From contig CAJINV010000021.1 of assembly GCA_905178155.1 (NCBI GenBank), positions 982,579 to 1,046,578 of the forward strand: 64,000 bases of DNA, read 5' to 3'. Position numbers and translations under genes: made by a program. The notes beneath the pieces are model-generated. The model searched no databases. It saw only the letters and a list, made by a program, of their open reading frames with translations, and was not told where the DNA came from. This DNA comes from Amoebophrya sp. A120 (Eukaryota > Protista > Dinoflagellata). The first letter of the stretch is position 1, and every line of letters starts with the position of its first letter. Of this stretch, positions 60,100 through 64,000 are shown piece after piece.

Positions 60100-61285
60100 G
60101 ATTTTTATTGACTTCGTTGTTATAGTAGAACAAGCGGTCTGGGAAGTAAGTTAGTCGAAGTTCTACCTTATTCGATTCCTGTAATCATTTGTGTCTGTGC
60201 GATATTGAGACGCATTTCGAAATCACGCGAAGCGTCACTTGACAAATAAGACAAGCTGGACGATATCACGGTAGTGTAGTACTGATGTCAGCGGTAACGT
60301 TAGGACTAAAAGGTGAGAGTAAGATCGAAGATATAGTGAAACACAATCATACGAACGGCCACGAGAACTTTATTACCTGCTTCTTTATTGTCCATGGGAC
60401 TGACAAACTGCTGCAATGACCTTTAGCGACAGCGACATTTTAAACAGATACGCACTTGTTCTGATGTTGACCACGACGAGCACGACGCAGTGGACGGTGA
60501 AAACCCAGATCCGGGTCCTGGCAAACCGATATGGAGGGTATTCACTTTTGTAAATCTCGACTTGAGAAGATCCTCTTTTTGATCATCCGTCCTTTTTAAG
60601 GTGACGCACACGAGCCAGAAGCTTTGACCTGCGTCACGACTGAAATGGCTGAACGTGAACAAGAACTGAGTAGGTGCCTGACCATCGTACAAAAGTGAAA
60701 CGAGCGAGGCTACAACAGTTGGCTTGCTCGGGGCCTGCAACCGACCAGCGATTTTTTTTTTGATTTTCTAACTAGCTCTTCTTTGAGCTTAGTTATTTTA
60801 CATCGGATTCGTTTACGGCCTGTTTTGGGCTATAGTTTGGCTTCCGGTAAAGAACCTCGCCCAAACAAACATCGGCATTACGTGGCTATTGTCAATATAC
60901 TGTTTAGGGAGCAAGGTAAGTACTATCTTCTCAAGCGACGGCCTGGAAAGAATGGCAATTATGTACAGTCACACCGAAAAAGCATCGAAGAGGCGGCGCC
61001 CCAAACACTCGGCTAGGTGCGGTTTGATTTTTCGCAAAAAAGCGGACTGACGGCACGCGGCAACAACAGCATCAACATCTGACGAATATTGTCGCTAGAC
61101 GAGGAGTAGATGCGTGTGCTTCGCGAAGCAACGGGACGCGGGGAAAGAATGATGCTAAATTACAAGTGGTGACACTAATTGTTATTCCAAAAGATAGATG
61201 ACCTACGTCGTTAAATTGATGACACTTGCTTCAGAGAACTTTCCGGGCTACAACGCCAATGGACGGCCCCACTTCCTCTGTCGGT

Positions 61286-61990
61286 TCAGCGCCCGGAATA
61301 ACCACGCCAGTACTGGTTCGACCACCGGTTCACCTGACCCACGGTCCAACTCATATACGATGCGCATGTCCCGTCGGAGGCATCACTCTTCCACTCGCAT
61401 CTCGGGTTGGCGTCGGGGCCGGTGCAGCACGCTGCCGCGGCTTCCAGCCCTCCCCATCGCTCGACCACAATGCCAGAGAAGCCTGCGGTGGGGGTGTCCT
61501 CCGGCAGTTTCTCGGGGGGGGCGACGAGGACACATTTTCCGGTTGCTGCCTTGTACTCGCACCAGTACCCGTCCGGACCTGTCACGGCCGGGCGAGCCTG
61601 CAAGGCAGATGCCGCGGCAGAGGTAGATGCACCTGATTAAAAGAAACAACAGCTGCAGCTTGTTCCAATGAAGAGACGCGATTCATGCAACTTCTCTCAA
61701 CAGACACGAATTAACAACACCAACCATCGATCTTCAGACAGCAACTGCGAGAGGCTGTCATGAATACCGTGGACGGCATCAGCGGTGGAGACATCGGTGT
61801 CCTCCGTCTCCCCCTCCGGGGTCAGGGTGAAGCCACCCCCCCCCCCCTCGGGCTTCGACTGGTCGTACGCGGAAGCGCCCAGGATGTTGCCGATGTCGGC
61901 AACAGCGGCCAAGGCTCCAACGCTGCCGCGCATCGCGATTCCATAGCCCGAGGCGGATTTCTTCTCAACCTTCTTCTGGGTAGCAGACAT
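61286..61990 (-). CDS. Hypothetical protein with a Cys-rich second exon
   Basis: ORFs 61697-61990 and 61286-61603 separated by a probable short intron ending ...TTTTAATCAG. Confidence 0.45.
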
Positions 61991-63398
61991 CTTTATTTCT
62001 TGGATGAAGTGTGGTCTGTCGTTAATTTTTCCCCTCTCAATAGTAGATTTTTAAAAATTCCTAGAGAATACGAAAAGAACATTTCTCTTTAGAGCCAACT
62101 GCTATACCATGAGCATGAATACATAGCGCTGGGAAGAGGGCGAGGGGGAGACGATAGAGAATACTCGGGATTCATAAATTGAAAGGTCAATCAAAGAACG
62201 CGCAGCAGAATCGGGGGCGGGTGCAACTTTGATTCAATGGATGTCTACGAGGAGGAGCCTCTCTAGACCTCAGCTTCCCTCACATTCCCGAACTCACGCT
62301 CTGTTCTTTGAAGTATAGAGATGACACTGGTGGCAGCACTGTATTGATATTTATTTGAGTTGTCATTCAGCGCGATTTGATTTGACGTGACGCCGTCAAC
62401 ACAACAGTCAGGCAACCCTAACGTACACACCGCCACACCGGCTATGTGAAAGTTTTGCGTTTGTCAGAAGTGAAGCGATTTAGTTTTAGACCCTCCCCCC
62501 ACGAGTACGGACAATTTATACGAAGCGAACTGGCCACTTGACGTGAAGATATTTCTTGTTTTTTTTTGTATCTCTATCTCGATTTGTGAAATCATCCATC
62601 TGATCATTCTCCCTCCTCACCGCCACAACGACGCACACGAGCAGCAGAGGCCTTGATCTGCGCAACGAAAGAAAATGCTGAACAACTTCTAGGCTGCCTG
62701 AGCAACGTACAAAAGTGAAACGAGGCTACACGTCGACGCATCGCCTTTTTGCTCCGCGGACTGCGGCCACTTCCGATCACTGTTACTTTGACTTGATTCA
62801 TTTATATTTCCAAAACCGGTTCGGAAACTGCTCGGAGAGATGGATATTCAGTTTCACGCTTGAGTTCCTAACTTCATCAACTTCTCCAGTATATACGATT
62901 TCAGTTTCGCTTCGCTGGTATAGTATTGTTTTTGGTGTTTCTGATTTTCTTCTCCGAGCAGGGTCAGAGCTAGCCTCCAATGAATTGAAGCCTCTAATAC
63001 TCGCAGTCGCAACATGTCACAGCTCACATGGGTTGTCATGCGGCCAGGGGAGTTTCGGAAGCCTACTTTTTTCCCAATTTGAATGTACTACGTACGTGAG
63101 GTGCATGACCTGACTAGTACCACCGTTCTATGTATAAATTTGTTTTTTCAAGTTGCGCGTGAGGTGAAACAAATTTGATTATAGAAATTGAACGTACTAC
63201 GCTCGTTGTCCCAAGTAGGACCAGAACCATTCTCCTTGCGGGATCATGGACAGTGTCTGATCTAGGACATCTTTATTTTTGAAGTCGCCGTGCGATATTT
63301 TCCTTCTTGCTTCGACTGTAAAAGTTTCGCGAAGATGACTGCATCTTCACAAACTAAGGAATCATGTTTGACGATGGCACCAGCGGCGCTGTCGCGGT

Positions 63399-64000
63399 TT
63401 AGATGCCCAAGGGCTTGGCACCCGCGACCTCCTCGTCGATGTTCTTGCCCTCCTCCAAGGCCTGCTCCCACTTGTATGAAATGCAAAAATGTCTGGGTCA
63501 GGAAGAGTCGGGGCTTGTCATGCACATTTTGCATGACCCATCAAGTATGTGATGCTGATGCTAGCATCACAGATTTTTTGAGAGCTTCTTGATGCTTATT
63601 ACGCATGACAAATCTTATTAATAGTATTACGCCCTCTCCGCGTGCCAAGAACTGACTCCTCTTGCTGCTCATGCAACACAGATGTTTTTAGATTCCGCAG
63701 ACAGCATTACAAGCCCAACTCTTCTAGACCCAAACACTTTTGCAATCCGTAGCTTGATGATCTGAGCGATGCCCTCGATGAACAGGTTGCACAGCTGCAC
63801 CTCATATCAAATGTAAAAATGTCTGGGTCTGGAAACTTGTGATGCTGGGCGGCGTCTCATGATGAGGCTACAAATGCTGGCTCAGCATGACAAATTTCTG
63901 AGCTCCTAGGTGTTGCCTATTCTGCATGACAAACTGCGTTTTGCATGACAGGAAATTGGGGCTCTTGGGTAACCTGCATGACAGATTTAAGAGTCATGCC
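63399..64000 (-). CDS. 3' end of a second phosphagen kinase copy
   Basis: Same last two exons (VQLCNLFIEGIAQIIK|WEQALEEG...PLGI*). Confidence 0.75.
63475..63751. mobile_element. Introner element, family A (duplicate of 53797-54073)
   Basis: Identical sequence and flanks. Confidence 0.9.
63805..64000. mobile_element. Introner element, family A (duplicate of 54127-54378), truncated by the window
   Basis: Family A left TIR after CCTCA. Confidence 0.9.

Larger units (their letters stand above)
63066..64000. repeat. Segmental duplication copy 2; runs off the window end
   Basis: Matches 53388-54322. Confidence 0.95.

Noticed and set aside
60644-62730. Short shared segment CGTACAAAAGTGAAACGAG at ~60686 and ~62706
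   Set aside because: Short diverged dispersed repeat with no definable ends or function
1792-63592. Many short ORFs sharing peptides such as [21 protein letters not shown] and [10 protein letters not shown] as a protein family
   Set aside because: They are translations of the element TIRs in different frames, not genes
1802-64000. Recurring ATGTCTGGGTCTGGA repeats separated by unique short spacers, as a CRISPR array
   Set aside because: The repeats are inverted pairs with TSDs, the spacers are in-frame exons, there are no cas genes and the context is eukaryotic

Overview
Eukaryotic, gene-dense genomic DNA with almost all genes on the minus strand. The intron architecture points to the parasitic dinoflagellate Amoebophrya or a related Syndiniales alveolate; this is inferred, not proven. 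The dominant feature is about 40 short (150-320 bp) elements from at least 8 terminal-inverted-repeat (TIR) families. Nearly all run 5'-TAY...RTA-3', are flanked by a 5-bp target-site duplication (TSD) and are packed with the motif TTGTNATGC/GCATNACAA. They sit inside coding sequence, and removing the element plus one TSD copy restores the frame in nearly every case I reconstructed, usually with no GT-AG register available (non-canonical introner-type introns). After removing them I can reconstruct an outer-arm dynein intermediate chain (DNAI1/IC78-like), a creatine-kinase-like phosphagen kinase plus an identical duplicate of its 3' end, a histidine acid phosphatase, a very large Sec6-like protein with a C-terminal Tudor-knot/chromo-barrel-like domain, and several hypothetical proteins. 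TANGO2 and an enkurin-domain protein carry none of these elements. A small gene at 8135-8750 has an in-frame TGA in a U-x-x-S context and a SECIS-like hairpin downstream, making it a candidate new selenoprotein. Family letters A-J are my own labels. Coordinates were counted by hand and may be off by a base or two.
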